From: Acidobacteriota bacterium
GTDB lineage: Bacteria; Acidobacteriota; UBA890; WLXD01
Direction of reading: 5' to 3'
NCBI GenBank assembly: GCA_963666215.2
Contig: CAXWPL010000002.1
Span: 320,001 to 384,000 of the forward strand
Length of the DNA: 64,000 nucleotides
The position numbers were made by a program, and so were the translations under genes. Below, piece by piece: positions 12,920 to 22,499 of the stretch. The notes under the pieces are model-generated. The model searched no databases and was not told where the DNA came from. It saw only the letters and a list, made by a program, of their open reading frames with translations. Position 1 is the first letter of the stretch, and each line of letters begins with the position of its first letter.

Positions 12920-14620
12920 ATGGCTGAGCTGGTACACGAGATACCTGCGCACGGAAGGAACGAGCCGATGACCCGCGCCACGCACCCGATCACGACACGT
13001 GCCGTTCCGGGGCTCATAGCTCTGGTGATTGTCTCGATGAGCACGGCGGCCCTGGCGCTGCAGGACGTCGGCTGGGATGAGCTGGTGATGCTCGACGGCG
13101 AGCTCCGTGAGCTGCGACAGCCAGCGCGACTTGACGGTGTGCCGCAGTACCACGCGGACGCGATTGCCGAGCGCGTCGCGGCGGTCGCGGCGGCGCGTGG
13201 GCGCTGGGAGGCGATCGACGCCTCGGCCTGGTCGACCGCGGGCAAGGTCGACTACCTGCTTGTGTGGGCGCGCCTGAACACGCTGGAGTTCGAGCATCGA
13301 GTGACGCAACCGTGGAAGCGCGACCCGATCCACACGCTCGACCTGGTGCGCCGAGTGCCCTACGTTGAGCTGCCGCTGTCCACCGAGGCGGCGGAACGGT
13401 GGGCGATGCAACTCAGGGCCGTGCCCGCAACGCTCGCGGCGGCCGAGGAACGACTCACCGAGCCGTTGGGCGAGCTGGCTCGGTTGGCGCTCTTCCATTT
13501 GCAGAACTTCGACGGTGTCGGGCAGGGGCAACCCTACCGCGAGACGCCGCCGGCCGGGACTATCGGTTGGTACGCCGATTTGTGCGACCGCGTGGCCGCG
13601 GTCCAGCCGGAGAGCTCGCGCGATTGCGAGGCGGCGCACGAGGCGGTGATTGGCTATCACGACTGGCTCGCCGCTGGGCTTCCGGCCATGCGGCCGTCGG
13701 CCGGCATCGGCAGTGAGAATCTGGAGTGGTACTTTCGGCGCGTTCGCCTGCTGCCCTACACCGTCGATCAGATGGCGGTGCTGGGAGAGCGCAAGTTCCA
13801 CCGTTTCCGGGCGGCCTACGAGACGGTGCGCAACCGCAACCGCGAGCTTCCCGACCTGCCGCTCACTCGCAGTGCCGAGGAGCACGAGGCGCGCACGCGC
13901 GAGGCGGAGCGGCAGATCCGCGGCATGGTCGACGACCAAAACCTGTTGACCTGGCCCGAGGATCTACCCGAGTCCTTCGACACCGACACCTTCTGGAGCC
14001 CGCGCGCGCTCACCGATCGGCACTTCTGGGAAGAGATCCAGTTCCGCAACACCTTCAACAACCACATCCACGCTTCGATTCCGGGTCACCGGTTCGACGG
14101 CCTCATGGCTCTCGGCGTCGACGATCCGATCCGTCGCAGCTACGGCGACAGCTCACGAGCCGAGGGTTGGGCGACCTACCTCGAGGAGATGTTCCTGCTG
14201 GCCGGGCTGACACAGGAAGTGCCGCGCGCCGACGAGCTCTTCTACGTGGCCCTCATGAAGCGCGCGAGTCGCATCTACGCCGAGACGCGCATGCATGCCG
14301 GCGACATGAGCCTCGACGAAGCCAATCGCTACATGATCGACTACGTGCCCTTCATGGAGGAGAACCTGGGACGCTACGACCTCGAGGGCTACCTGAGGCG
14401 TCCCGGCAGCGGCTCCGGCTACATCATCGGCAAGATCCAGATCGAGAAACTGCTTTCGGAACGAGCCATCGAGCTCGGCGACGACTTCGACCTCGGCGCC
14501 TTCCACGACGACATCCTGGCGCGTGGCATGCTGCCGCTGACGCTGGTGCGTTGGGAGATGACCGGACGCGACGACGAGGTTCGGACGCTCTGGAAGTTGG
14601 CTACGGGCGAGGATCTTTGA
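12920..14620 (+). CDS. DUF885 family protein (putative metallopeptidase); start may be 12968
   Basis: HASIPGH, EGWATYLEE, YIIGKIQI, FDLGAFHD. Confidence 0.8.
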   Translation: MAELVHEIPAHGRNEPMTRATHPITTRAVPGLIALVIVSMSTAALALQDVGWDELVMLDGELRELRQPARLDGVPQYHADAIAERVAAVAAARGRWEAIDASAWSTAGKVDYLLVWARLNTLEFEHRVTQPWKRDPIHTLDLVRRVPYVELPLSTEAAERWAMQLRAVPATLAAAEERLTEPLGELARLALFHLQNFDGVGQGQPYRETPPAGTIGWYADLCDRVAAVQPESSRDCEAAHEAVIGYHDWLAAGLPAMRPSAGIGSENLEWYFRRVRLLPYTVDQMAVLGERKFHRFRAAYETVRNRNRELPDLPLTRSAEEHEARTREAERQIRGMVDDQNLLTWPEDLPESFDTDTFWSPRALTDRHFWEEIQFRNTFNNHIHASIPGHRFDGLMALGVDDPIRRSYGDSSRAEGWATYLEEMFLLAGLTQEVPRADELFYVALMKRASRIYAETRMHAGDMSLDEANRYMIDYVPFMEENLGRYDLEGYLRRPGSGSGYIIGKIQIEKLLSERAIELGDDFDLGAFHDDILARGMLPLTLVRWEMTGRDDEVRTLWKLATGEDL

Positions 14621-14814
14621 TCGGCAGCTCGCTTGCCGAGGAACGATCAAGCCCGTCGGTCGCATACGCGATCCAGCTGCGCCGCTTGCGAAGGCGTCTT
14701 GATTCCGCGCGGGATACTCACCAACCGGCCGGAGCCGCACGACTTCGATGGCGAGCGGCAGTCGTGGACGGTGGCTTTCGCCGGCGGACCGGCCGTCCGA
14801 TGACGGCTGCCAAC

Positions 14815-15249
14815 CTAGCCGCGAGTCGCTACGTCGAGCCGATATTCTCCCGGGTTGATAACCCGGTCCGTTCGTGTCGCCGGCAGAAGCCGCGCGATGG
14901 AGATCTCGAGGCCTCGATAGACAAAGCGCAGCTGCGCGTCGGGCCCGTTCGGAGAAGTATCGAGGTTGAAGAGTGTTACCCGCCCGGAAGCCTCAACCAG
15001 AGCAAGGGCCACTCGCGCATTCCCTTCCCAAACGCACGTAGCATCTTCGGGGCATCGGGAGTCGCCGAGCACATCCTTGAAGCGCAGTGTCGCATCGACG
15101 GTGCCGAGCGAGATCTGGTCTCCGATCGCGAGGCCCGCGAAACTGACGATCAATGGGCCAGGCCCCGTGGGCCCGTTCGCAGAGCATCCCGCCGCTGCGA
15201 CCATCGCGACCGCCACCGCCAGTACGGACAGTCTTGGGCGTTCAAACAT
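14815..15249 (-). CDS. Hypothetical lipoprotein
   Basis: AAGC lipobox; DSRCP...CVWEG motif. Confidence 0.75.
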   Translation of the reverse strand: MFERPRLSVLAVAVAMVAAAGCSANGPTGPGPLIVSFAGLAIGDQISLGTVDATLRFKDVLGDSRCPEDATCVWEGNARVALALVEASGRVTLFNLDTSPNGPDAQLRFVYRGLEISIARLLPATRTDRVINPGEYRLDVATRG

Positions 15250-15383
15250 ACGGTCGCTTCAGAGGGATTCGGTTTCAAAGGGCGCGGTGGCACTCAATAT
15301 GCGTAGCGCGCCATCGGACGGTCAAGTGCACTGCTGACCGGCGACGTCAGCGTGTCTCCCGGCTCGTGCTCACGGTGCGGTCG

Positions 15384-15491
15384 TCAGGCCAGTTCCCGGC
15401 GCCGCTGTTGCAGCGCAGCGCCGACCTCGGTACGGACGGCCTCGGGAACCTCGTGTCGCCGGGCTTCGGCATCCCAGTCGCCGAGGGCGTC
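15384..15491 (-). pseudogene. Remnant of a second HipA C-terminus (35 codons)
   Basis: Translates DALGDWDAEARRHEVPEAVRTEVGAALQQRRRELA*; 27/35 identical by hand to the end of HipA at 18769. Confidence 0.9.
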
Positions 15492-15551
15492 CCGGAGACG
15501 GCGGCGGTGGAGTTGGCGTTTCACTTCTCGGGGCGGGATGCACTAGCCGGC
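15492..15551 (+). repeat. Second copy of the ndk 3' end
   Basis: 15492-15523 is identical to 10540-10571, followed by a diverged tail ending in the shared CTAGCCGGCG. Confidence 0.92.
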
Positions 15552-15563
15552 GCTTCATTCACG

Positions 15564-16952
15564 TCAGTGGATGAGCCTTATTCCCGGGTCTGGCGGATAC
15601 GGGAACACGACGCCGTCTTCCGTGACGACCGCACCGTCGTGGAAGGCGATGTAGATGTGCTTTCCCTTTCCCCACTCGAGCACTGGCATGTGGATCATGT
15701 ACTCGAACGTGAAGGTGTGCAGCATCGGGATCGTCATCTCGCGTTCCCAGTCGGAGCCGAGTGGAGAGATCCTCGGAGCCACCAGGCCGCTTCTTCCCAC
15801 GGCGTGGACATCGAGGTGGACCTGCGTCTTGGTCGGGTCGGCACTCGCGTCGTACTGGTCGACGGGGTTGTAGTAGTAGCCGGCTTCCTCGATCCTGCGA
15901 CTCAATAGGTTGAGAGTCTCGCCGGCGGAGCGCCCGGCGACGATGTTGTTGAGCAGGATCTGGCGGGTCTCGAGCGCGGCTTGCCAGATCTGCTCGATCT
16001 CCGGCGGCGCTTCGGTTTCGCCCTCGCGCAGCAGGTAGGCGTTGCCACCGAGGTCCGACGAGAAGATCCGATTGCCGGCGCCGTGCAGAATCGTGAAGAC
16101 GTCGCCCGGTTGCAGGACGTACGGCTGCGAATCGTCGGCGTGGAACTCGACGCCGTCGGGATCGCGACGGAAGACGTTGCCCTCCAGCTCGCTGAGCTTG
16201 GTAACTCCCGGCACGACGCTGCCGAACTCGCGATCGAGGTTAGCGGCAGCGATGAGCCCGAACTGGCGATAGAGCTCGATCTCCTCATCGACGCGACCTG
16301 CCAGGTAGTCGAGGATCAGGTGCTCGGCGGAGACCACGCGCCCGGCGTAGGTGTCGCCGAGCTCATCCATCAGGAGGCTGTAATCGGTGTGGGACAGGCC
16401 GTCGGTCAGGGGCGCACGCTCCGCCGCGGCCGAGAGCCCGAGCGCCTCCGAGTAGTTCACCCCGATGCGGCGTGGGTCGCGGTCAGCGACGAACTCCCCC
16501 ACGCCGTCGAAGCGAGTCTCGAGATAGTCGGTCTCATCGCCTCCGGGCTGCTCGGTGATGACGCCGTCGACGAAGGTCGGTAGCTCTGCGCGCGGCCGCG
16601 CGCCGATGTCATAGGCCTCGACGTCGGCGACGTAGCCGGCGAACACGGCTCGCTCGACTCGATCTTCGCTGGGCTGGTCGGAGAAGATGAAGATCCCGGC
16701 GTCGCTGCCGAGCTCGAAGGCCAGAGGGTCGGGCGTCCACGGCCGCACGACATGAATCCACATGTCGATGTCGTTGTCCCGCATGACGCGCGGCAGGACT
16801 TCATCGAACTTGCGGTGACGGATCAGGTTCTCGAGCACCACCGAATCATCCGGCAGCACGGTGCCGGGATTCACCGTCTCGGGATTCTGCACCCGCAACG
16901 GCAGTGCAAAAAGAACGAGACAGCACGCGGTGGACTTCGAGAGTAGCGCCAT
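15564..16952 (-). CDS. Secreted M24-like (Xaa-Pro aminopeptidase-like) protein
   Basis: LPRVMRDNDIDMWI, AYLLREGETEAP; paralogous to 17218-18549. Confidence 0.75.
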   Translation of the reverse strand: MALLSKSTACCLVLFALPLRVQNPETVNPGTVLPDDSVVLENLIRHRKFDEVLPRVMRDNDIDMWIHVVRPWTPDPLAFELGSDAGIFIFSDQPSEDRVERAVFAGYVADVEAYDIGARPRAELPTFVDGVITEQPGGDETDYLETRFDGVGEFVADRDPRRIGVNYSEALGLSAAAERAPLTDGLSHTDYSLLMDELGDTYAGRVVSAEHLILDYLAGRVDEEIELYRQFGLIAAANLDREFGSVVPGVTKLSELEGNVFRRDPDGVEFHADDSQPYVLQPGDVFTILHGAGNRIFSSDLGGNAYLLREGETEAPPEIEQIWQAALETRQILLNNIVAGRSAGETLNLLSRRIEEAGYYYNPVDQYDASADPTKTQVHLDVHAVGRSGLVAPRISPLGSDWEREMTIPMLHTFTFEYMIHMPVLEWGKGKHIYIAFHDGAVVTEDGVVFPYPPDPGIRLIH

Positions 16953-17182
16953 AGACTGCAAGCTATCAGGAGTTCCGCTCAGGCTCAGGCGTCAGAGCTT
17001 GGCGCGGCTCGGTCGTCACGGCTGACCGGCTCGGCGGAGCCGGTCGATTGGTGTCGCGGGCGCGGCTGTTGATCGGCGTGGGAGCAGAGTCTAGGGTCTC
17101 GACGCGGTCCCTCTCTGCAGGATGGAGCACATGATCGGTACCTCCCGCGGCACTTGCAAGATCGTCGAGCAGCTCGTCGCTG

Positions 17183-17870
17183 GCGGCAGGTCATGGAGGC
17201 GGCGCTGCGGCGCATCGATGACACAACTCCGCGCCGCGCGACGGGCTGTGAGCCGGAGCGCGCTGCTTCTGCTCTGGGCTCTGCTGGCGATCTCTCCTCC
17301 GGCCAACGCCTCCGTACAGCGGGCGCGGCAGGCGTACGAGCTCATGCGGCTCATACGCACCGAGAAGATGGACCTGATCCTGCCCGGCGCCATGCGGGAC
17401 AACGGCGTCGACATGTGGATCCACGTCGTCCAGAGCGCCAACAAGGATCCGCTCGCGCTGGACCTCGGGGGATGGTTCGAGTACCGGGCGTGGGAGCCGT
17501 ACGGCTACTACGTGTTCACCGACCGGGGCGGCGACCGCATCGAGCGGATCATCTTGGGTGGCGAGGATTCCGACGGCCTCTACGACGCGAACGGCTCGGG
17601 CGACGACCTGCGCAGGTTGGTCGAAGAGCGCGATCCCGAGGTCATCGCCGTCAACTACTCGACGACGCTGCCCATCGCGAACGGCATATCTCACGTCGCC
17701 TACGTGAAGCTAACGGAGACGTTGGGCGAGCGCTATAGCGGCCGCATGGTCTCCGCGGCGGACGTGATCACCGACTTCCGCGTGCGCCGGGTGCAGAGCG
17801 AGATCGTCGCTTTCGCCGACGCCCTCGAGATCCAGCGGCAGGTCATGGAGGCGGCGCTGCGGCGCATCGA
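17183..17870 (+). repeat. 36-bp exact direct repeat (17183-17218 and 17835-17870)
   Basis: GCGGCAGGTCATGGAGGCGGCGCTGCGGCGCATCGA occurs at both positions. Confidence 0.92.
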
Positions 17871-18549
17871 GCCCGGGATCACGACGCCCGAGGTCGTGGG
17901 CTGGTGGGCCGCCGATCGGCTACTCGAGAGGGGAATCGGGCCGTCGTACGAGGCGGCAACGAACGGCGTCTATCGGCGCGGCGCGTTTCTTTCTTGGGAC
18001 ATGGGAATTGGCTACCTGAACTTCGGTACCGACATCAAACGGCATGCCTACATCCTGGACACGGGTGAGTCGGACGTTCCCGACGGCTTGAAGCTCGCCT
18101 GGGAGCGCGGCATGCGGGCTCGCGAGGTTCTGCGGCGCACATTGGAGGTCGGCCGGACGGCGGGAGAGTCGCTCGAGAGGATGGTCGCCGCCTTGGAAGC
18201 GGCTGGCTACGTGTACACACCTTCCGACGACAGAACCTCGCAATACCGAGACCTCGTGAGAGCCTTAGGAGACGACTCGCGGTCAGGCTTCTCGATCGAC
18301 TTTCACGCCACCGGCAACACCAGCGTCGGCGATGCGACGGCAGGGCCCTCGATGGCGCCGTGGCGCTCGACGACAGCCGCCATCTTGGTGCAGCCAAACT
18401 ACATCTTCGCGCTGGAGTTCGAGCTCAATACCTGGGTCCCCGAGTGGAACCGGCGGCTGCGCATCAACTTCGAGGACAACGCGATCGTCACCAGCCTCGG
18501 TGTCGAATACCTCAGTCCCGTCGACGAGAAGATCATCGTTATCCGCTGA
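17218..18549 (+). CDS. Secreted M24-like peptidase
   Basis: Signal peptide; LPGAMRDNGVDMWI, GTDIKRHAY, HATG, FEDN. Confidence 0.78.
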   Translation: MTQLRAARRAVSRSALLLLWALLAISPPANASVQRARQAYELMRLIRTEKMDLILPGAMRDNGVDMWIHVVQSANKDPLALDLGGWFEYRAWEPYGYYVFTDRGGDRIERIILGGEDSDGLYDANGSGDDLRRLVEERDPEVIAVNYSTTLPIANGISHVAYVKLTETLGERYSGRMVSAADVITDFRVRRVQSEIVAFADALEIQRQVMEAALRRIEPGITTPEVVGWWAADRLLERGIGPSYEAATNGVYRRGAFLSWDMGIGYLNFGTDIKRHAYILDTGESDVPDGLKLAWERGMRAREVLRRTLEVGRTAGESLERMVAALEAAGYVYTPSDDRTSQYRDLVRALGDDSRSGFSIDFHATGNTSVGDATAGPSMAPWRSTTAAILVQPNYIFALEFELNTWVPEWNRRLRINFEDNAIVTSLGVEYLSPVDEKIIVIR

Positions 18550-18768
18550 GCTCGCGCTCAGACCGCCCAACGGATGTCGAACTCCCTGGCGCGCGATCCC
18601 TTGCCCTTGCCGTGTAGATCGAGCGGCAGGTGGTGTTGCCGGGCGCGAAACCCGCCGAATACGTCGCCACTCGGCTCGCAATGAGATGCGCGCGTTTTAC
18701 CTTCTCGTGAATGACTGAACAAACTACCCGAAGAGCCTCCGACAATAGGAGACGTCACCGTGCGGTCG

Positions 18769-20175
18769 TCAGGCCAGTTCCTGGCGCCGCTGCCGCAAGG
18801 AGGTGCCGACCTCCACGCGAACCGCCTCGGGCACCTCGTGTCGCCGTGATTCGGCATCCCACCCGTCGAGCGCGTCGTCGATGTGCTGAAGGATGCGCTC
18901 GGGCCGCTTGATCGCGAAGGTGTGTGCGACGGCAAGCAGGTCGGCCCGAGTGATGCCGGCGACCTTGTCGTTGATCCGCATCTGATGGCGCTTGGTGAAG
19001 CCCTGGCCGCGGGCGAAAGTCACGTCGTAGGCGGGTGTGAGCCGCCAGTTCCCGTCGGGAGCCATGTGGAACGACAGGTTCTTGACGTGGTCGTCCTGGT
19101 TGATCGCCATGACGTTGAAGGCCATGCGGCGGAAGCCCTCTTGCACGGCGGCCGGCGGCATACCGAGCCGGAGGATGGTGCGCAGGTACTCCTCGTAGGA
19201 GCTGGCGCCGGGGTCGTTGTAGTCGACGTGGAGGGCGCCGCCGAGGGTGTGTTGGTGAAGGCGCCTTATGTCGGTCTTGGTCTCGGTCCCGGTCCCGGTC
19301 GCGCCGGCGGGTTCCTCGAGGTCGAATCGGCGGATCAGCAGGTGACGATGCTCGCCGGCGTGCAGGACCTGGACGTCGGCCATGTCGATGCCGGCGGCGC
19401 GGGCGAGCTGAGCGTAGACGACCTCGACTCGGTTGAAGGGCTGGGGGGCGCTCAGCACGTCCCCGCCGTTCGAGCTCGATGCGGTGGAGTCGGCCGGGAC
19501 CGAGGTTCCGGCGAGCCCCGAGAGTCCCGACAGTCCCGAGCTAGGGCCGACGCCGTCGAACTTGAGGATCGTGGGAACCTCGCCGGGGCGAGGCGTCGCG
19601 TAGGCGGAGCGCACGGTGCTGGCGACGGGATCATGCAGCACGACGGCCTTGGGACGCATGCCGCCCGCCGAAGAACCGACGCGGTAGATCTCGGGCACGG
19701 CGATCTCGGGTGTGCCGTCGACCTCTTCGAGCAGGCGTCGTGCGTCGCGCACCAGCGCGGCAATCTCGAGCGACTCCATATCGGCGGGCGACGACGGGAA
19801 CTGCTCGGCAGGATGGAAGGTGAGCGCGCCGATCGCGCGTTCGCCGATGTAAAGGAGCCGCTGCACCGGGCTCAGTGCGCGCTCGGCGTGGCCCCGGGCA
19901 CCGAAGTAGGCGCGGATCACGCGGTTCCCGAAGGCGTCGGGCAGCGCGTCGGCCACCACACCGGGCAAGCCGTCGAAGGCGGGCTTGGCGCGCAGCTCGT
20001 CGAAGACAATCGGGCCGCGGCGCTCGAGCGGCAGGTGGATAGGGGAGATCTCGAGCCCGGAGCGGGTGAACTCGGGGTCGTACTCGAAGACGACTCGCCC
20101 CGTATCGGTTTCGACGAGCGCGCCGACCGTGCGGTCCCAGAGCCTGACCTCGGCGTGCGCGAAGTCGGGGCTCAA
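18769..20175 (-). CDS. hipA: HipA-family Ser/Thr kinase toxin
   Basis: N-terminal couple domain (FEYDP, DALPDAFG), SAGGMRPK, RRFD, NQDDHVKNLSF, LTPAYDV. Confidence 0.92.
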   Translation of the reverse strand: MSPDFAHAEVRLWDRTVGALVETDTGRVVFEYDPEFTRSGLEISPIHLPLERRGPIVFDELRAKPAFDGLPGVVADALPDAFGNRVIRAYFGARGHAERALSPVQRLLYIGERAIGALTFHPAEQFPSSPADMESLEIAALVRDARRLLEEVDGTPEIAVPEIYRVGSSAGGMRPKAVVLHDPVASTVRSAYATPRPGEVPTILKFDGVGPSSGLSGLSGLAGTSVPADSTASSSNGGDVLSAPQPFNRVEVVYAQLARAAGIDMADVQVLHAGEHRHLLIRRFDLEEPAGATGTGTETKTDIRRLHQHTLGGALHVDYNDPGASSYEEYLRTILRLGMPPAAVQEGFRRMAFNVMAINQDDHVKNLSFHMAPDGNWRLTPAYDVTFARGQGFTKRHQMRINDKVAGITRADLLAVAHTFAIKRPERILQHIDDALDGWDAESRRHEVPEAVRVEVGTSLRQRRQELA

Positions 20176-20453
20176 CGCCGGCCCCGGCGGCTGCGCGATT
20201 CTCGGAGGATCTGCATGGGCGAGATCTCGGGCTCACGCAGGAAGTCCTCGAGTGCCCCCACGCGGCCGTACACCCGCAACAGGCGTACCAGCGTCAGCAG
20301 CGTCGGGTTGTCACCGCGCTCGGCCCGCCCCACCGTGGTGCGGTCGAGCGCCGCACGCTCGGCGACTTCGGCCAACGTCAACCGCCGGGCCTTGCGCAGC
20401 GCGCGCAGCCGGCGCCCGAGCTCGACGAGTACCTCAGTGTCGGATGTCAACAT
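20172..20453 (-). CDS. XRE helix-turn-helix antitoxin (HipB-like)
   Basis: LRALRKARRLTLAEVAERAAL...ERG; overlaps the hipA start. Confidence 0.85.
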   Translation of the reverse strand: MLTSDTEVLVELGRRLRALRKARRLTLAEVAERAALDRTTVGRAERGDNPTLLTLVRLLRVYGRVGALEDFLREPEISPMQILRESRSRRGRR

Positions 20454-20510
20454 GATGCTTATATACATCAAAACGGCGTAAAATCACCATATTGATGAAT
20501 TAATACATCA
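20453..20510. promoter_or_regulatory. Two palindromic operators TGATG-N8-CATCA in an AT-rich promoter
   Basis: TGATGCTTATATACATCA at 20453-20470 and TGATGAATTAATACATCA at 20493-20510. Confidence 0.75.
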
Positions 20511-20895
20511 TTTTGAATGAACCGGCAAGGACAATCCGACGACGGCCACCCCACTTGAGGTCGATCTCCACTCCGGCGTCGCCGGCCAGGTACGATCCGG
20601 ATTGGACATAGAGGTCGCCGTCGAGCACGAGCTCGGTGACGTCGCCCGGAAGGCTCGGGGCCAGTGTTACGTGCCCCGGCGAGCCCTGCGCCGTGAAGGT
20701 ATTGACGAAGAACGACTCGCCGCCGAGCACCTTGCGCATGGCCGACTTCAGCAGCCCGCCTTGCACTCCGCTCGTGACCTCGATGTTGGAGCTCATCGAC
20801 ACCATGGCGCCTGTCTCCGCTCGGATCGACTCCCCGGCACCGAGCTCGACGATGCCGAGGGCGTAGGCGGGGCGATGCTCAACGCGTACGTCCAT
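20500..20895 (-). pseudogene. AIM24/TIGR00266 family protein, C-terminally truncated near 20545
   Basis: AETGAMVSMS, GGESFFVNTF, LAPSLPGD; family similarity stops at KWGG where the hipBA promoter begins. Confidence 0.8.
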
Positions 20896-20989
20896 CCGTT
20901 CTTCTCCTAGGTAGGTGACGTTTCGCAGGCCAGACCCGAGCCGGACGCTCGGAGCCCATGGATTCGGAGCCCATGCATCAGGTATGCCG

Positions 20990-22342
20990 CTAGAACGGAA
21001 GGTATTCGAGCCACGACGCCGGGATGATCTTGGTGATGTCCAGCGTCAGGACCACCACCATCAGCGACACCAGCATGATCAGCCCCACGTTCATGATGCG
21101 TTCCTTGACCTTCATGCTCAGGTCTCGGCGGATCACGCCCTCGAACAGGATCATGGCGATCTGGCCGCCATCGAGCACAGGGATCGGCAACAGATTCAGC
21201 AGGCCGAGCTGCAGGCTGATCATCGCCATGAACGAAAGCAGGGCCGTCGGTGACCCGGTCCGAGCGACCGCGCCGGAGAATCGCGCGATTTCGATGGGTC
21301 CCGAAAGTGTGCGCACCGACATGCGTCCGGTGAACAGGCGACCGACGACCTCGCCCACGAACAGCGTCTGCCGGCGCAGCTCGGAGCCGGCGCGAACGAG
21401 TGCTTCGCCGAACCCGTAGCGGCGGATCTTGCTGAGGAGCGCCGCGTCGGCGCCGAAGCCGACCGTGACGATCCCCGCATCGTCGGTTTGCGGTGTGAGC
21501 GACGTCTCGAACGTTTCGCCGCCGCGTTCCACCGTCAGCGCTGTGAGCATGTCGGCGCGCTCGATCAGGGCCTCTGCCATGCGGTTGAAGTGGCTTACCG
21601 CCTCGCCGTCGACGGCCACGATGAGATCGCCGGGCTGCAGTCCCGCCGCTTCGGCGATGCCGCCCTCCTCTACAAGGCCTACCTGCGGCGCCAGCGGCGG
21701 GGCAACGCCGATGTACCCGGCGCGCGAGCGGGCGTCACTTTCGCGCGGCGTGATGGGGATACTGAGGCGCTGGCTGCCGCGCTCGATTCCGAACAGTAGC
21801 TCTTCGTTGGCCGAGATCAGGATCTGCAACCGGAACTGTTCCCAGTTCGGCACGATCTCGTTGTTGATCGTGACCACACGATCGCCTGCTCGCAAGCCAG
21901 CGCTGGCCGCCGCGGTGTCGGCCTCGATGAGGCCGATCGTGACCGGGTCGTCGGCTTCCGCCGGGACTCGGATGCCCACCACATAGACGCTCGTGAAAAG
22001 CACGTAGGCGAGCACCACGTTCATCGCCGGGCCCATCACCAGCACCAAGAAGCGCTGCCATTTGGGCTTGCCCAGGTACTCGTTGTCGGCGCCGCGCAGC
22101 TTCTCGTCGGGGTTCTCACCCACCATCTTCACGTAGCCGCCGAGCGGCAACGCGCTGAGCCGGTAGTCGGTGTCGCCGCGCTTGAAACCGGCCACCCTCT
22201 TGCCGAACCCGAGCGAAAAGACCTCGACCCCGATGCCGAACGCCTTCGCCATGGCGAAGTGGCCGAACTCGTGGATGAAGATCATCACGCCGAGAACGAA
22301 GAGCAGCGCCAGAATGTTGGTGAGGACGTCGAACATGGTCAT
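20990..22342 (-). CDS. rseP: RIP metalloprotease RseP with two PDZ domains
   Basis: HEFGH, LPLGGYVKM, NLLPIPVLDGG. Confidence 0.95.
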   Translation of the reverse strand: MTMFDVLTNILALLFVLGVMIFIHEFGHFAMAKAFGIGVEVFSLGFGKRVAGFKRGDTDYRLSALPLGGYVKMVGENPDEKLRGADNEYLGKPKWQRFLVLVMGPAMNVVLAYVLFTSVYVVGIRVPAEADDPVTIGLIEADTAAASAGLRAGDRVVTINNEIVPNWEQFRLQILISANEELLFGIERGSQRLSIPITPRESDARSRAGYIGVAPPLAPQVGLVEEGGIAEAAGLQPGDLIVAVDGEAVSHFNRMAEALIERADMLTALTVERGGETFETSLTPQTDDAGIVTVGFGADAALLSKIRRYGFGEALVRAGSELRRQTLFVGEVVGRLFTGRMSVRTLSGPIEIARFSGAVARTGSPTALLSFMAMISLQLGLLNLLPIPVLDGGQIAMILFEGVIRRDLSMKVKERIMNVGLIMLVSLMVVVLTLDITKIIPASWLEYLPF

Positions 22343-22499
22343 CTCGGAAGCGGGGGAAGCTCGGAATCGACGGTAGGACAACTGTAGCAGCCGTTGGCGG
22401 CGGTGCGCTCGCGGCTGCTGGCCACCGGCGGTGAAGGCTTGGCGGGCGGAGCGCCCGCGAGCGCGAACGGGCAGCAGAGCTCGAGTAGGTCGGGTTACT

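Noticed and set aside
17183-17870. 36-bp repeat as a DGR TR/VR pair or a CRISPR repeat
   Set aside because: Copies are identical (no adenine-specific differences), there are only two, and no reverse transcriptase or cas gene is in the window
19270-19550. Short tandem repeats in hipA (SGLSGLSGL, TGTGTET)
   Set aside because: In-frame low-complexity loop insertions, also seen in fmt and rsmB; no sign of phase variation
13726-20481. Long alternative-frame ORFs (e.g. 13726-15306, 18883-20481; also 36375-38006)
   Set aside because: Shadow ORFs overlapping well-supported genes, expected at high GC
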